From: a bacterium | GTDB lineage: Bacteria; Hinthialibacterota; Hinthialibacteria; Hinthialibacterales; Hinthialibacteraceae | Length of the DNA: 64,000 nucleotides | Direction: 5' to 3' | Assembly: GCA_963662285.2 (NCBI GenBank) | Contig: CAXXMV010000002.1 | Span: 800,001 to 864,000, forward strand | Part shown: one piece after another, positions 1 to 10,925 of the stretch | How the letters are laid out: each line of letters opens with the position of its first letter | Position numbering within the stretch: position 1 is the first letter of the stretch | Position numbers and translations under genes: made by a program | The notes under the pieces: generated by a model | The model's database searches: none | What the model was told of the DNA's origin: nothing | What the model saw: the letters and a program-made list of their open reading frames with translations, nothing else

Positions 1-2
1 AG

Positions 3-674
3 ATGAATGATTTCCCCGATTCGTATATCCATAACCTGCCCAAAGGGACCATTAGTGTTTTAGCTCGCTACAATGGCGCTAATATCACTCCCAGGTGGTG
101 TCCGGATGGGCAAAACCTGGTAATTTCGCTCTCATCTACAGGTAATCCTGAGATTTATTTGATCCCAAGATCAGGCAAAAATCCCAAAAGACTGACCAAA
201 AACAAATATCGTGATATTTCACCCGATGTGTCTCCATCGGGAGAGGAAATTGTATATATCTCTGATGGAATAGGCAGCCCCCAAGTATATATGATGAATA
301 TCAATGGCTCTGGGACTAGAAGAATCTCATATATAAACCGGAAATGCGAGTCGCCATTCTGGTCGCCAACTGAAATTGGCGATAGCCTGCGGATTGCTTT
401 TTCGGGCTATTACGACAATAACCAGAGTGATATTTTTACTATAAAACCGGATGGAACAGATGTTCAAATGATTACTGACGAAAAATCAAACAACTTGAAT
501 CCGTCCTGGTCGCCTAATGGCAGATTTATTGCCTTTTCTTCAAACCGGACGGGCAAAAGCGAGATATATATCGCTTCCAGCGATCCAACCCGAACCTTGC
601 CGGGAGGTCAACGTTTTTATCGTGTGACATACGCCTCTGGAGAAAATCTCAGTCCGGCATGGTCGCCTAATTAA
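3..674 (+). CDS. tolB: TolB, C-terminal PD40 beta-propeller (5' truncated by window edge)
   Basis: Repeated PxWSPDG/PD40 motifs (ITPRWCPDG, ISPDVSPSG, LNPSWSPNG, LSPAWSP); directly upstream of pal. Confidence 0.9.
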   Translation: MNDFPDSYIHNLPKGTISVLARYNGANITPRWCPDGQNLVISLSSTGNPEIYLIPRSGKNPKRLTKNKYRDISPDVSPSGEEIVYISDGIGSPQVYMMNINGSGTRRISYINRKCESPFWSPTEIGDSLRIAFSGYYDNNQSDIFTIKPDGTDVQMITDEKSNNLNPSWSPNGRFIAFSSNRTGKSEIYIASSDPTRTLPGGQRFYRVTYASGENLSPAWSPN

Positions 675-839
675 TTTTTATCGCACAAACGCTTACAATG
701 CTTGCAATCGTCTTCTAAATAGGTTAATCTAATAGAGTTTTGACCTTCACTACCCCTTTTAAAGGGATACTGGAGTTGATTTTACGGCAAAAACAGCATA
801 AATTTATTGAAACCTGACAAAACCGGGAGGTTCTGCTTC

Positions 840-1403
840 ATGACTAAGATGACAAAATCCACTTTGAATGGTCTCATCCTTCTTCTGGTGCTCGGCTTAA
901 CTGTTGGATGCGCCTCAACCGGAAAAGGAAAACACGGCGCTCATGTACGCGCAATGAAAACAACCATCTTGCCTACGGACGATACCGATGGTCCACCAAC
1001 TGATCGTGTAGTGCTTGGTGATCCTAGACCCATAACCTCAGGACCAGATTCTGATCAATTTGGCGTGTGTGACCGAATTCATTTCGATTACGACAAATCG
1101 GTCATCAAACCTGAATGGGAAAAATGCTTGAATAACATAGCTAAGTACATCAAGCAAAAAACTCAGTTCCTTCTTCTGATTGAAGGTCATTGCGATGAGC
1201 GTGGGACCGAAGAATACAACATCGCTCTTGGTGAACGACGCGCCCAGACTGCGGCTCAGTTCTTGATTGAACGTGGCGTCAATCCAGAAAGAATCGTTAC
1301 TAAATCTTGGGGCGAATCAAAACCTTTGGCGACTGGTCATAGCGAAGATAGCTGGAAATTAAATCGTCGCGCCGAGTTCTTTATTGTCGAACAATCACGC
1401 TAA
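840..1403 (+). CDS. pal: Peptidoglycan-associated lipoprotein Pal (OmpA-like domain)
   Basis: GGGAGG RBS before ATG840; lipobox LTVGC; IHFDYDKS, IEGHCDERGTEEYNIALGERRA, SWGESKP, NRRAEF. Confidence 0.95.
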   Translation: MTKMTKSTLNGLILLLVLGLTVGCASTGKGKHGAHVRAMKTTILPTDDTDGPPTDRVVLGDPRPITSGPDSDQFGVCDRIHFDYDKSVIKPEWEKCLNNIAKYIKQKTQFLLLIEGHCDERGTEEYNIALGERRAQTAAQFLIERGVNPERIVTKSWGESKPLATGHSEDSWKLNRRAEFFIVEQSR

Positions 1404-1517
1404 GCGATCTGATGGGGATTCTTCTTTATTGGACGAAAAAGGCTAATTGCGCCTGGAAATAAAGTTCATTAAAGATAATCTAACTAATGTGTAGTATTAA
1501 CTAAATTAGGTTCAAAC

Positions 1518-1550
1518 AAAAAGGCTGGGGATAAACTCCTCAGCCTTTTT
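1518..1550. terminator. Intrinsic terminator after pal, potentially bidirectional
   Basis: AAAAAGGCTGGGG-7nt-CCTCAGCCTTTTT. Confidence 0.75.
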
Positions 1551-1626
1551 CTGGTGTATCGTTCACTCACTCACCTGAATGTCTGATGTGAAGCCGCATA
1601 TTTCCCCTTCTGAAATCATGATTCTT

Positions 1627-1657
1627 TTGACAAAACCAGATTTTCGCTTAATATAAT
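1627..1657 (+). promoter_or_regulatory. Sigma70-type promoter of the toxin-antitoxin operon
   Basis: TTGACA 1627-1632; TAATAT at 16-nt spacing or TATAAT (1652-1657) at 19-nt spacing. Confidence 0.5.
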
Positions 1658-1698
1658 GAGTGGAAAAAGCCATCTTCCAGAAAATGGAGAAAAAACAA

Positions 1699-1980
1699 AT
1701 GAAAACCGCTGAAACTATAATCTCGGATATCCAGGAACTATCTCCAGATCAGAAAAACAAAGTCATTAATTATGTAAACTCCATCCAGGATGAAAAAGAT
1801 GCAGAGTTTTTGAATAGGGCTTTAGAAGAAGAGTATGTCGAACAAGAGAATTATTCTCCAGAAGACATCGCCAAACTGGATCGCGCCCAGGAAGACGCCA
1901 AAAAGGGAATCAATATGAGCGGGCCTTTCCATACTACAGAGGAAATTTTTGCTCATCTCGATAGCCTGAAACCAGAGTAA
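1699..1980 (+). CDS. Putative type II antitoxin
   Basis: Small acidic protein; C-terminal GPFHTTEEIFAHLDS resembles RelB/DinJ-like antitoxin ends; GGAG RBS; directly upstream of toxin. Confidence 0.7.
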   Translation: MKTAETIISDIQELSPDQKNKVINYVNSIQDEKDAEFLNRALEEEYVEQENYSPEDIAKLDRAQEDAKKGINMSGPFHTTEEIFAHLDSLKPE

Positions 1981-1982
1981 TA

Positions 1983-2243
1983 ATGCAAGTAGACTTACAC
2001 CGAGATTTTAATAAGGCATACGCTAAACTCTCTATCAAACAAAAGGAGAATGTTAAAAAGGTTATTTTCCTTTTTAAAAATAATCCTCACGATCCCATAC
2101 TAAGAAACCATGCTCTACACGGAAAACATAAAGGACATCGCGCTATTTCTGTTGGAGGCGATTTACGAATAGTTTTTGTTGAAGAAAATAATTATGAGAT
2201 CGTAGAAATACTTAACGTTGGAACCCATACCCAAGTGTATTAA
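1983..2243 (+). CDS. RelE/StbE/YafQ-family mRNA interferase toxin
   Basis: 86 aa; F.KAYAKL, LRNHALHG...GHRAISVGGDLRIVF, VGTHTQVY. Confidence 0.88.
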   Translation: MQVDLHRDFNKAYAKLSIKQKENVKKVIFLFKNNPHDPILRNHALHGKHKGHRAISVGGDLRIVFVEENNYEIVEILNVGTHTQVY

Positions 2244-2261
2244 TCTAAAACAGTAGTTTGA

Positions 2262-3428
2262 TTAAGAATTAACCTGCCCGTTTAGATGTTCGTAGAGTTC
2301 CTCAATATCCTTCACTAGCCGCCGGATGGAGTATTTTTCTATGGTCGCCTTCTGGGCGACTTTTCCCATACTGCGGGTTTTCTCTGGGTCTGCAATGGCT
2401 TTGATTAAACCATCGGCGATGGAGTTGATATCGCCCGGTTCTACGATGTAGCCCGTTTTTCCATCATCAATCAGTTCAGGTACGCCGCCCACGCGGGTGG
2501 AGACGACCGAAACTCCAGATGACAGCGACTCAATAATAGCGACCGGCAATCCCTCATTGGCGGAAGTAAGCGCCACCAGATCAACTGCTTTGTAAATCCT
2601 ATCGAGATCATGATGAAACCCGGCGAAGATGCAGCGGTGAGTAATTTTTAACTCTTCCGCTAAGGCATCCAGATTTGCTCTGCATTCGCCGTCGCCTACG
2701 ATCAGGAAATATGCGTCGGGGTGGGATTGAAGAACTTTGGGGATGGCGTTGAACAGGTCCTGGTGGCGTTTAATCGGAACCATACGGGCAATCATGCCAA
2801 TGACGAACGCATCCTGAGGGATGTTGTATTTTTCACGCAGTTCCTGGCGCGCCCCTGGAATTGGTTCGGCGAAGCGGTCCAGTTCTAGGCCGAGGGGGAT
2901 GGTCTGAACCTTTTCGGGCGTACCGATGCCCAAGTTGAGTATGTCTGTGCGGCATTGGTCGCTGACCGTGATAATGCTCTTACTGAAATAGGCCAGGATG
3001 CGTTCAATGGTGCAGTAGATGATAGTTTCTATTGAACCAAAATAACCATGCAGAACATGGCCGTGGAAAGTATGGATGATAATCGGAACTCCAGCCAGAA
3101 CTGCGGCGATGCGTCCCACAGTTCCCGCTTTGGCGGTGTGGGTATGCACGATGTCTGGTCGTTCGCGACGGAATAGCCGGTAGAGGCGCCAAAGGGTGCT
3201 CAAGTCGCCGATAGGATTCAGATTGCGTCCCAGCCTGGGGATGATGTAAGGAGAGACATTCTTCTCTTCCGCCAGGTGAAGCATGTTGCCTTCATCAGGA
3301 GCTTCCTGACCGGAAATAAGAAGAGTCTCATAGCGTTCCGGATTGAGCATGGATGAGAGCAGAATTACATGTATGGCTGGTCCACCGATATTAAGACGGG
3401 CGATGACGCGGATGATTTTCTTTTTCAT
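2262..3428 (-). CDS. Glycosyltransferase family 4 (GT-B)
   Basis: IARLNIGGPA, DIVHTHTAKAG, EGLPVAIIES, TRVGGVPELI. Confidence 0.9.
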   Translation of the reverse strand: MKKKIIRVIARLNIGGPAIHVILLSSMLNPERYETLLISGQEAPDEGNMLHLAEEKNVSPYIIPRLGRNLNPIGDLSTLWRLYRLFRRERPDIVHTHTAKAGTVGRIAAVLAGVPIIIHTFHGHVLHGYFGSIETIIYCTIERILAYFSKSIITVSDQCRTDILNLGIGTPEKVQTIPLGLELDRFAEPIPGARQELREKYNIPQDAFVIGMIARMVPIKRHQDLFNAIPKVLQSHPDAYFLIVGDGECRANLDALAEELKITHRCIFAGFHHDLDRIYKAVDLVALTSANEGLPVAIIESLSSGVSVVSTRVGGVPELIDDGKTGYIVEPGDINSIADGLIKAIADPEKTRSMGKVAQKATIEKYSIRRLVKDIEELYEHLNGQVNS

Positions 3429-3567
3429 ATTTCCTGGATGATGAAACGGTTATTAAAAATTCGATACTATGTGAACCACTGAATGAGATTATTAGTTATC
3501 ATTCTATAAAGAATGCTGATATAAATCTTTAGTTGTCTCATATTTTGGGGTAAGCGGTATTGTATTC

Positions 3568-3598
3568 ACACCTAGCCTCTCTCAATCTTGGGAGAGGA
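3568..3598 (-). repeat. REP-like palindrome, family A (CCCTCTCCC..GGGAGAGG.TAGG(G)TG)
   Basis: Reverse complement nearly identical to the copy at 10383-10416; a second related copy lies at ~3661-3696. Confidence 0.7.
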
Positions 3599-3796
3599 AT
3601 CTATGTCTATATTTTTGTATAACTAAGTCAAAACAATATATCCGTTTATATCTCCAAAATCCCTCTCCCACAAGTTGGGGGAGAATTCAAGAGGGCCTTA
3701 TCTTAAAGGTTAAAGGTAAATGGGTTGTCTGTAACTTTAGAATTAACAATTGGCGTTTAAATTATAATCGCACTGTTGTTTTTAGGATAAACAACA

Positions 3797-3828
3797 ATCG
3801 GCCCGGTCGTTAAACGAGCCGGGCCGAT
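3797..3828 (-). terminator. Hairpin terminator after secG
   Basis: ATCGGCCCGG...CCGGGCCGAT stem, followed on the minus strand by TGTTGTTT. Confidence 0.65.
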
Positions 3829-3872
3829 AAAATGTTACTATATCGGTCTTAAAAAGACGGATTTGTTTGTCG

Positions 3873-4292
3873 TTACTTAGCTTCCGGCGCGGCGTTGCCC
3901 TCAGCGGGAATTGGCGCTTGAGCGTCAGCGTCAGTGGCCTGACTTTGATCGATCAGGTCTGATACCGATTGAGGTTGATTCATCGCGGCATTATCCAGGT
4001 CTGATACCGATTGTGGTTGATTTAACACAGCGTTATCAATGATTCCGCCGGTTTGAACAGTTGGTGGAAAGATGCCCAGCGATAATGTGGTCAGGACGAA
4101 GACGATGCAAAGACCGATGGTGATCTTGATCATCAGGTTCATGCCGCCTGAAGAGCTAAAAATATTTTCGCCAGCGCCCATTGAACCGAATGCGCCTGAA
4201 AGTCCCATCCCTTTATTTGATTGAACCAGGACGAAAAAGATTAGTCCCACACAAACAACAATATGAATCAAAGCGAGTAGATAATAGAACAT
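3873..4292 (-). CDS. secG: Preprotein translocase subunit SecG with extended C-terminus
   Basis: Two TM helices; VLVQSNKGMGLSGAFG motif; follows pgk. Confidence 0.93.
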   Translation of the reverse strand: MFYYLLALIHIVVCVGLIFFVLVQSNKGMGLSGAFGSMGAGENIFSSSGGMNLMIKITIGLCIVFVLTTLSLGIFPPTVQTGGIIDNAVLNQPQSVSDLDNAAMNQPQSVSDLIDQSQATDADAQAPIPAEGNAAPEAK

Positions 4293-4304
4293 AACTGGTT
4301 CCTC

Positions 4305-5498
4305 TTATTTGTCTGAAAGAGCTGCTAGCCCCGGTAGAGTCTTACCTTCGAGCAATTCGAGCGAAGCTCCTCCGCCTGTACTTATGTGAGATATTTTATC
4401 GCTAATCCCGGCTTTGTGAACCGCTGAGACCGAATCTCCCCCACCAACGATGGATACGGCGCTGGAATCTGCTACCGTATGGGCGATTTTCATGGTCCCT
4501 TCGGCGAATGCAGGAATCTCAAATACGCCCATGGGGCCGTTCCAGACGATGGTTTTGGCCTGGTTAATTTTGGCCTGATAAAGTTTGACAGTTTCCGGTC
4601 CGATATCAATGCCTTTGAGTCCAGCCGGGATATCGACTCCAGCGATGATTTGCGCTTCTTCGCCATCTTTAACTTCTGCGACCGCTTTGTGGTCGATAGG
4701 CAGCAGGAAATCAACGCCTTTTGCTTCGACTGCTTTTATTACGTCACGGGCCACGTCAAGTTTAGATTCTTCGACGATGGAATCGCCGACTTCGACGCCT
4801 TTAACTTTAAGCAGAGTATAAGCCATGGCGCCGCCGATGAGGATGGCGTCTACTTTATCCATCAAACTCTGGATAACGTCGATTTTGCCTGATATTTTCA
4901 GTCCTCCCAGAATGGCGATGAATGGCTTCTCTGGCGCTTGAATAGCCTGCACCAGATACTCAATCTCTTTTTTCATCAAGTAACCGGCCACGTTAGTATC
5001 GAAGAATTTTGTGACTCCTTCGGTTGAAGCATGAGCGCGGTGCGCGGTTCCAAAAGCGTCGTTAACGTATAGATCGCCTAACTCAGCCAATTGTTTGCAG
5101 AATTCAGGATCGTTTTTCTCTTCTTCAGGATGGAAGCGAAGGTTCTCTAATAGTACAACATCGCCGTCCTGCATTTTATCAACATCCGCTTTAACCTGGT
5201 CGCCAACGCAATCCTGCAGAGCCGGAACCGGCTTTCCGAGTAGTTCGGATAATTTAGCGGCAGCTGGAGCAAGGCGGAATTCTTCTTTGACCTGCCCTTT
5301 AGGACGTCCAAGGTGAGACATGAGGATTACGCGTCCGCCGCGATCTATCAAAGATTTGATAGTAGGAAGTGCGGCTCGGATGCGCGTATCGTCAGTTACG
5401 TTTAGATTTTCGTCCAGTGGAACGTTGAAATCAACGCGGACCAGCACGCGTTTGCCTTTAGGATCGATATCATCGATAGTTTTTTTATTCATGATCAT
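4305..5498 (-). CDS. pgk: Phosphoglycerate kinase
   Basis: [52 protein letters not shown]. Confidence 0.99.
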   Translation of the reverse strand: MIMNKKTIDDIDPKGKRVLVRVDFNVPLDENLNVTDDTRIRAALPTIKSLIDRGGRVILMSHLGRPKGQVKEEFRLAPAAAKLSELLGKPVPALQDCVGDQVKADVDKMQDGDVVLLENLRFHPEEEKNDPEFCKQLAELGDLYVNDAFGTAHRAHASTEGVTKFFDTNVAGYLMKKEIEYLVQAIQAPEKPFIAILGGLKISGKIDVIQSLMDKVDAILIGGAMAYTLLKVKGVEVGDSIVEESKLDVARDVIKAVEAKGVDFLLPIDHKAVAEVKDGEEAQIIAGVDIPAGLKGIDIGPETVKLYQAKINQAKTIVWNGPMGVFEIPAFAEGTMKIAHTVADSSAVSIVGGGDSVSAVHKAGISDKISHISTGGGASLELLEGKTLPGLAALSDK

Positions 5499-5561
5499 TA
5501 TCCTCTGCTACGGAGTTGTTTCGGTCATCGGGAGACATAAGGCCGCCGCGAACCGAATGTC

Positions 5562-5590
5562 ATTGTAGGCTTTCACTGCATTCAAGGCAA
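5562..5590 (-). promoter_or_regulatory. Internal sigma70 promoter for pgk-secG
   Basis: Minus strand TTGCCT-17nt-TACAAT, downstream of the gap terminator. Confidence 0.55.
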
Positions 5591-5627
5591 TCCGTTCAAA
5601 CAGATCTACGGGATTCCCTGATCCGTG

Positions 5628-5662
5628 AAAAAAAGCAGGGTGTCCGTAGACGCCCTGCTTTT
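5628..5662 (-). terminator. Intrinsic terminator after gap
   Basis: Minus strand GCAGGGCGTC-TACG-GACACCCTGC followed by T7. Confidence 0.8.
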
Positions 5663-5685
5663 CCTGTTTCGATAATTTACATTGC

Positions 5686-6768
<1,083 letters not shown>

Positions 6769-6991
6769 TTATTATGCTAAATACTCTAAAACAGGCTCTT
6801 GTTATAGCAAAATCCCGACGTAAATACGTTTAGAGATAATTTTTCCTATTTCACCAAAAGAAACCTGTATCTATACCGTATCATATCTTCTTGAAATGGT
6901 TTCTCAAAGGTTTGCAGTTGGGTTGATTCTTAATGATTTTGGTCAATTAATTGGTTGACCAAAAAAAGGCTTATTATGCTTAATATAAGGA

Positions 6992-8500
6992 TTAAATGCT
7001 TAACATTCCTCGCACAAAGACCGGATTTGTGAAAGCCAATAGTTGATCGAGAGGACGTCCATAGCGGTATATTTCTACCCGGAACCATTGAATATCAGCT
7101 GTTGCATGTTCATAGAATTTCAGGTTGGTATCATGGATTGAAGAGAGGGGCATTTCACAATAAATGCCATGGTTGGTTTTTATTCGAATGAAAGCGCGTT
7201 CTAATTGAGTAATATCAATATATAAGGCGAAGACTGAATCTACTGGAACGCGCAATTCATCGCCGATAAAAGCTCCGCCATGCTCTGAATCGAGTCTCAT
7301 GGATATCGCCGGTTCGCTGGTTGAATAAAAATGCCCTTGTTTCAGGGCGGAAAGCAGTTGGGTTTCTGATGCTCCCTCGCTCATAACCAGGCTTTTAGGG
7401 CATTTTTCGAGGATATCATATTGGGCTGGTTGCACTGAACCTTTGCCGCAGACTCCGTATATCCGATGTCCCGCATTGAGCAGCGTGTCCCATAAGTCAA
7501 AAGATTTCAATATTTCAGGGAAACGTTCATTCCACGAACCAGACCATATTTCAATCAGGTCAACGCTGCTCCAATCCATATTTTCGACATGCCATGATGA
7601 ACGGGCGCCGCTTGGATGCAGCCCATGGGGATGTACAACGCATAATAATCCACCCTTTGAGTGAACTGAATGAATGAAATCGGTCATGTGATTGATCGGC
7701 TCGGGATCATCAGGCGCAAACCAATCGTGGACGCCGAGTAGCAGAGCGTGTCCAAATGACCATTGGATCTCCTGTCCCCGGATCAGGGTAATGGGAGATT
7801 TAGAAGCCAGGTTTTTTAGAGGAGGGGTATTGTGGTCAGTCAGAGCAAGAAAGTTGTAGCCGACGTTTTTATAAACATCCAGCGTCTGTTCGGGGCTTAA
7901 TGATCCTTGGCTATGTGACGTATGCTCGTGTAATTCTCCGATATACCAGGCGAGGTTTACTTCGTTAACCAGCATTTGATCTATTGTATAAAGATCAGCA
8001 GGAACTGGAATTGAATCATTCTCTTCAGTTGCCTCAACAATTAAGGTGATTCGACAGTTATTCTTAATAGGTAAAGTTGTATGAATAATAGCCGTCCAGG
8101 CGCCGGAATGAATTTCTCCTGAATTGTATCGTTTTGAAACGTTTATCAGATCAAATTCTTTCCAATCCGTGAACGAAGCATCCCAGCGGCCGCAGAAATT
8201 ATTTTGCGCATCGATAAATATTACAGAAGTTGATTTATTATCTGTAATTAGTAGAGAATCATGTAAAATATCCTGTATAGTCTCTTTTTGAACCGGTGTG
8301 ATAGCCGGGTGATCGAGGTAATGGTCTATGCACTGATTAACCCAAGTAATATCAGTGTTAAATGATTCTATTTCGAGTAAGCACTTAAAGCGTAGACGCC
8401 TTGTTCCATCTGGAATATCGATAGAAACAGGCATGGAAACAGGAACTTGGTTTGTTGGAAGGGCAATTGACTGATTGAATATTACGTTCCATAAAGGCAT
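6992..8500 (-). CDS. PHP-domain (CehA/McbA-like) metallohydrolase
   Basis: GELHEHT, ALTDHN, GQE..GHA, HP motifs; C-terminal YRVE..AFTNPVFV-type tail. Confidence 0.7.
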   Translation of the reverse strand: MPLWNVIFNQSIALPTNQVPVSMPVSIDIPDGTRRLRFKCLLEIESFNTDITWVNQCIDHYLDHPAITPVQKETIQDILHDSLLITDNKSTSVIFIDAQNNFCGRWDASFTDWKEFDLINVSKRYNSGEIHSGAWTAIIHTTLPIKNNCRITLIVEATEENDSIPVPADLYTIDQMLVNEVNLAWYIGELHEHTSHSQGSLSPEQTLDVYKNVGYNFLALTDHNTPPLKNLASKSPITLIRGQEIQWSFGHALLLGVHDWFAPDDPEPINHMTDFIHSVHSKGGLLCVVHPHGLHPSGARSSWHVENMDWSSVDLIEIWSGSWNERFPEILKSFDLWDTLLNAGHRIYGVCGKGSVQPAQYDILEKCPKSLVMSEGASETQLLSALKQGHFYSTSEPAISMRLDSEHGGAFIGDELRVPVDSVFALYIDITQLERAFIRIKTNHGIYCEMPLSSIHDTNLKFYEHATADIQWFRVEIYRYGRPLDQLLAFTNPVFVRGMLSI

Positions 8501-8663
8501 AGGATACTTATCTATATATTACATCTTGTATTGTAAAAGCTGTTCTTATAGGTTGAATTATGCTTTTTTTATGCGATTATTAATAGTACAACGCCTTAGA
8601 TCGGACAGTAAAACCGTTTTGTGATATATCTTATAGTAAGAAAGCGGCTTCCGGGAAATCAAC

Positions 8664-9224
8664 ATGATTAAGAATGCAGAAGCTACCCTGGTCAGTCAAG
8701 TCTTAAGCGGTCGGCGGGAATGCTACCGGCCACTGGTAGAGAAATATCAAATGAAAGTCTACCTGTTAGCGTGCAGTATGGTAGGTAACGCCGCCGAAGC
8801 GCAAGACCTGGCTCAGGAAACTTTCCTGGTAGCATATAAGAATCTGCATCAATTGAAAGATAGAGCGAAATTCGGTTCGTGGCTGTTTGGTATAACACGG
8901 AATTTATCTTATCACGCGTTACGCAAAAGAAAGATCGAACCGGAACCTCTTGATAGCATCTCTTATCAAGATATCCCTAATGTTGTTCCCATAAGACCAG
9001 AGAACGAAGATGGCGAGGATATCCTGACCACACTGATGACCCGGCTGGAAATAATGCCGGAGAAATACCGGGTTTTGTTAAGATTGAAATATTTAGATGA
9101 TTGTTCTTATCAGGAAATATCGGATATGTTGGATATTCCTATTGATTTGGTCCGCTCTAGATTGTTTGAAGGGCGGCGTATGCTGAGAGAAGATATGGAG
9201 AGCGTTCGGAGAAAAAGCCAATGA
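8664..9224 (+). CDS. ECF RNA polymerase sigma factor
   Basis: AQDLAQETFL, FGSWLFGITRN, SYQEISDML...VRSRLF. Confidence 0.93.
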   Translation: MIKNAEATLVSQVLSGRRECYRPLVEKYQMKVYLLACSMVGNAAEAQDLAQETFLVAYKNLHQLKDRAKFGSWLFGITRNLSYHALRKRKIEPEPLDSISYQDIPNVVPIRPENEDGEDILTTLMTRLEIMPEKYRVLLRLKYLDDCSYQEISDMLDIPIDLVRSRLFEGRRMLREDMESVRRKSQ

Positions 9225-10288
9225 GCGCCAATGAAACAATGTGTTATCGAGGATGCTGCACAGAATGGGAGCACGAGATCCTGTTGTATATGGATCACGA
9301 ACTGGCGCCCGACAGTTGTGAACGCGTACAGCGGCACATGGACAAGTGTGAGGAGTGCGCACGGTTTTATCGTATTATCCAACGTGAAGAACAACTGCTT
9401 TGTGGACGTTTGCGTCACCAAGTTGAAATGACCGCCGATCCGGATGATATCGCCGATCTGGTTATGAGCGACATCCCAGCGTTTCAGCCCGTCACATGGC
9501 AGCAACGTCTGGTGGATCATACAACCAATGCCTTTAACTATTTATCAGACCAGAATCGGCGGCATTACTCCCTGGCCGCTTCAATCCTGGTCTGCTTATT
9601 TGGCATATTGTTCACCATGCAGGTGGGTAATGTGGCCGAAGAAGGAGTAATCAACATCGTACGCAGCGGGATTCGCACCCATGTTGCTCCGGGAGAGTAT
9701 ATTGTAGTATCGACCGATGAAGGCGAGTTTATTGAATTGCCGGATCAGTCCGTTGTCTATGCCACACCAGGAACCTACTTTACCATTGAATCGTATTTAG
9801 ACCATAAAGTGGTGAGCGATTCTGAAGGAGATACCATCAATGAAGAACGCCACCTGAATTTGATTTCCGGCGCACTCTGCATTGATGTTCGTTCGAATCC
9901 TGTTAAAACCGGATTCAGCGTCACCTGTTCTAATGCTGACGCTAAAGTATTCGGCACTCAGTTCTATATTCATACTACTACCGGACCGGATAAAGTCACG
10001 CAGGTAGGAGTAAGATCCGGACAGGTTATGGTCGAGAAACGCGGCAAGAATCAGGTGGGTTATACAGTATTAGGCAAACGCGAGATGACCACTGTGACTA
10101 ACTTCAACGGCAATGTCCATCTATTGGCGCCGCGCAATCTCAAACACGATATCAGTAAACTGCTGGAATGCTTCAACGAGCAATTGGATGATCGATCCGC
10201 CCGCCGTATGTTGCCGGTATTAAAGATTATCGGCGAGGATAAAGTTATACTCAGCGATAGCATCCAGCCGCTGAGACCCCTCGAATAA
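9221..10288 (+). CDS. Anti-sigma factor (zf-HC2 + TM + FecR-like domain)
   Basis: ATGA overlap with sigma gene; HMDKCEEC (HxxxCxxC); one TM helix; AKVFGTQF, VRSGQV FecR motifs. Confidence 0.85.
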   Translation: MSANETMCYRGCCTEWEHEILLYMDHELAPDSCERVQRHMDKCEECARFYRIIQREEQLLCGRLRHQVEMTADPDDIADLVMSDIPAFQPVTWQQRLVDHTTNAFNYLSDQNRRHYSLAASILVCLFGILFTMQVGNVAEEGVINIVRSGIRTHVAPGEYIVVSTDEGEFIELPDQSVVYATPGTYFTIESYLDHKVVSDSEGDTINEERHLNLISGALCIDVRSNPVKTGFSVTCSNADAKVFGTQFYIHTTTGPDKVTQVGVRSGQVMVEKRGKNQVGYTVLGKREMTTVTNFNGNVHLLAPRNLKHDISKLLECFNEQLDDRSARRMLPVLKIIGEDKVILSDSIQPLRPLE

Positions 10289-10311
10289 ACCTTCAAAAAC
10301 ATAATCAAACC

Positions 10312-10352
10312 AAAATGCGGTTGCCGGATAAATTCCAGCAACCGCATTTTTT
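10312..10352. terminator. Bidirectional intrinsic terminator
   Basis: AAAATGCGGTTGC...GCAACCGCATTTTTT. Confidence 0.8.
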
Positions 10353-10382
10353 AATTGATTTGATGTAATGAGATTTTTTTAA

Positions 10383-10416
10383 CCCTCTCCCAAGATTGGG
10401 AGAGGCTAGGTGAGGG
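10383..10416 (+). repeat. REP-like palindrome, family A
   Basis: CCCTCTCCCAAGATTGGGAGAGGCTAGGTGAGGG. Confidence 0.75.
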
Positions 10417-10541
10417 TTGATAAGAATCACCTCATCACAAAGAATCCTTCCCATCCAGATTCAGACTTTCATAAAAACGAAATCCGTCGCCGGGAGGTAA
10501 CTGTCTCCTGGCGGCGGGGTACAAATCTTATAACAACTAAA

Positions 10542-10819
10542 TTAGGATATTAGAATGTTAAAATCATTGATGTGTTTGTGCGTGTCCAAGCAGTTCTTGA
10601 ACAGTTCGAATGTCAACACCCGCTTCGACCCATCCCGATGCAGCGCAATGGAGGTGATCGTGGAATCGGCATCCCTGAATATTGGCTTCTTGTCATTAAT
10701 GAACCAAACGATTTCTTGATTTCCCCAATAGGCTTCGTTGCATCTATTGGGGAAAGAAATACATACTTGAATAAACGCGTTGCTTGATCTTACCATTAAC
10801 GGATATTAGAAGTAGCCAT
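10542..10819 (-). pseudogene. Possible degraded tyrosine-recombinase fragment
   Basis: RBS plus MATSNIR*, then a broken frame containing SIALH-[GMGRS, shifted frame]-VLTFE; lies just past the tRNA 3' end. Confidence 0.35.
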
Positions 10820-10925
10820 AAATTCCCTCTTCTGATAAACAATCCAGTTCCCTTTAATCAAAAAAGTCATTATTTTTGGGGATTTAATAAATAAATACTA
10901 TGTTTGGGGGGGGGATTTTTGAAAA

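Noticed and set aside
5500-5560. Riboswitch in the pgk leader
   Set aside because: A TTCGGT/ACCGAA stem is possible, but I recognise no known aptamer consensus
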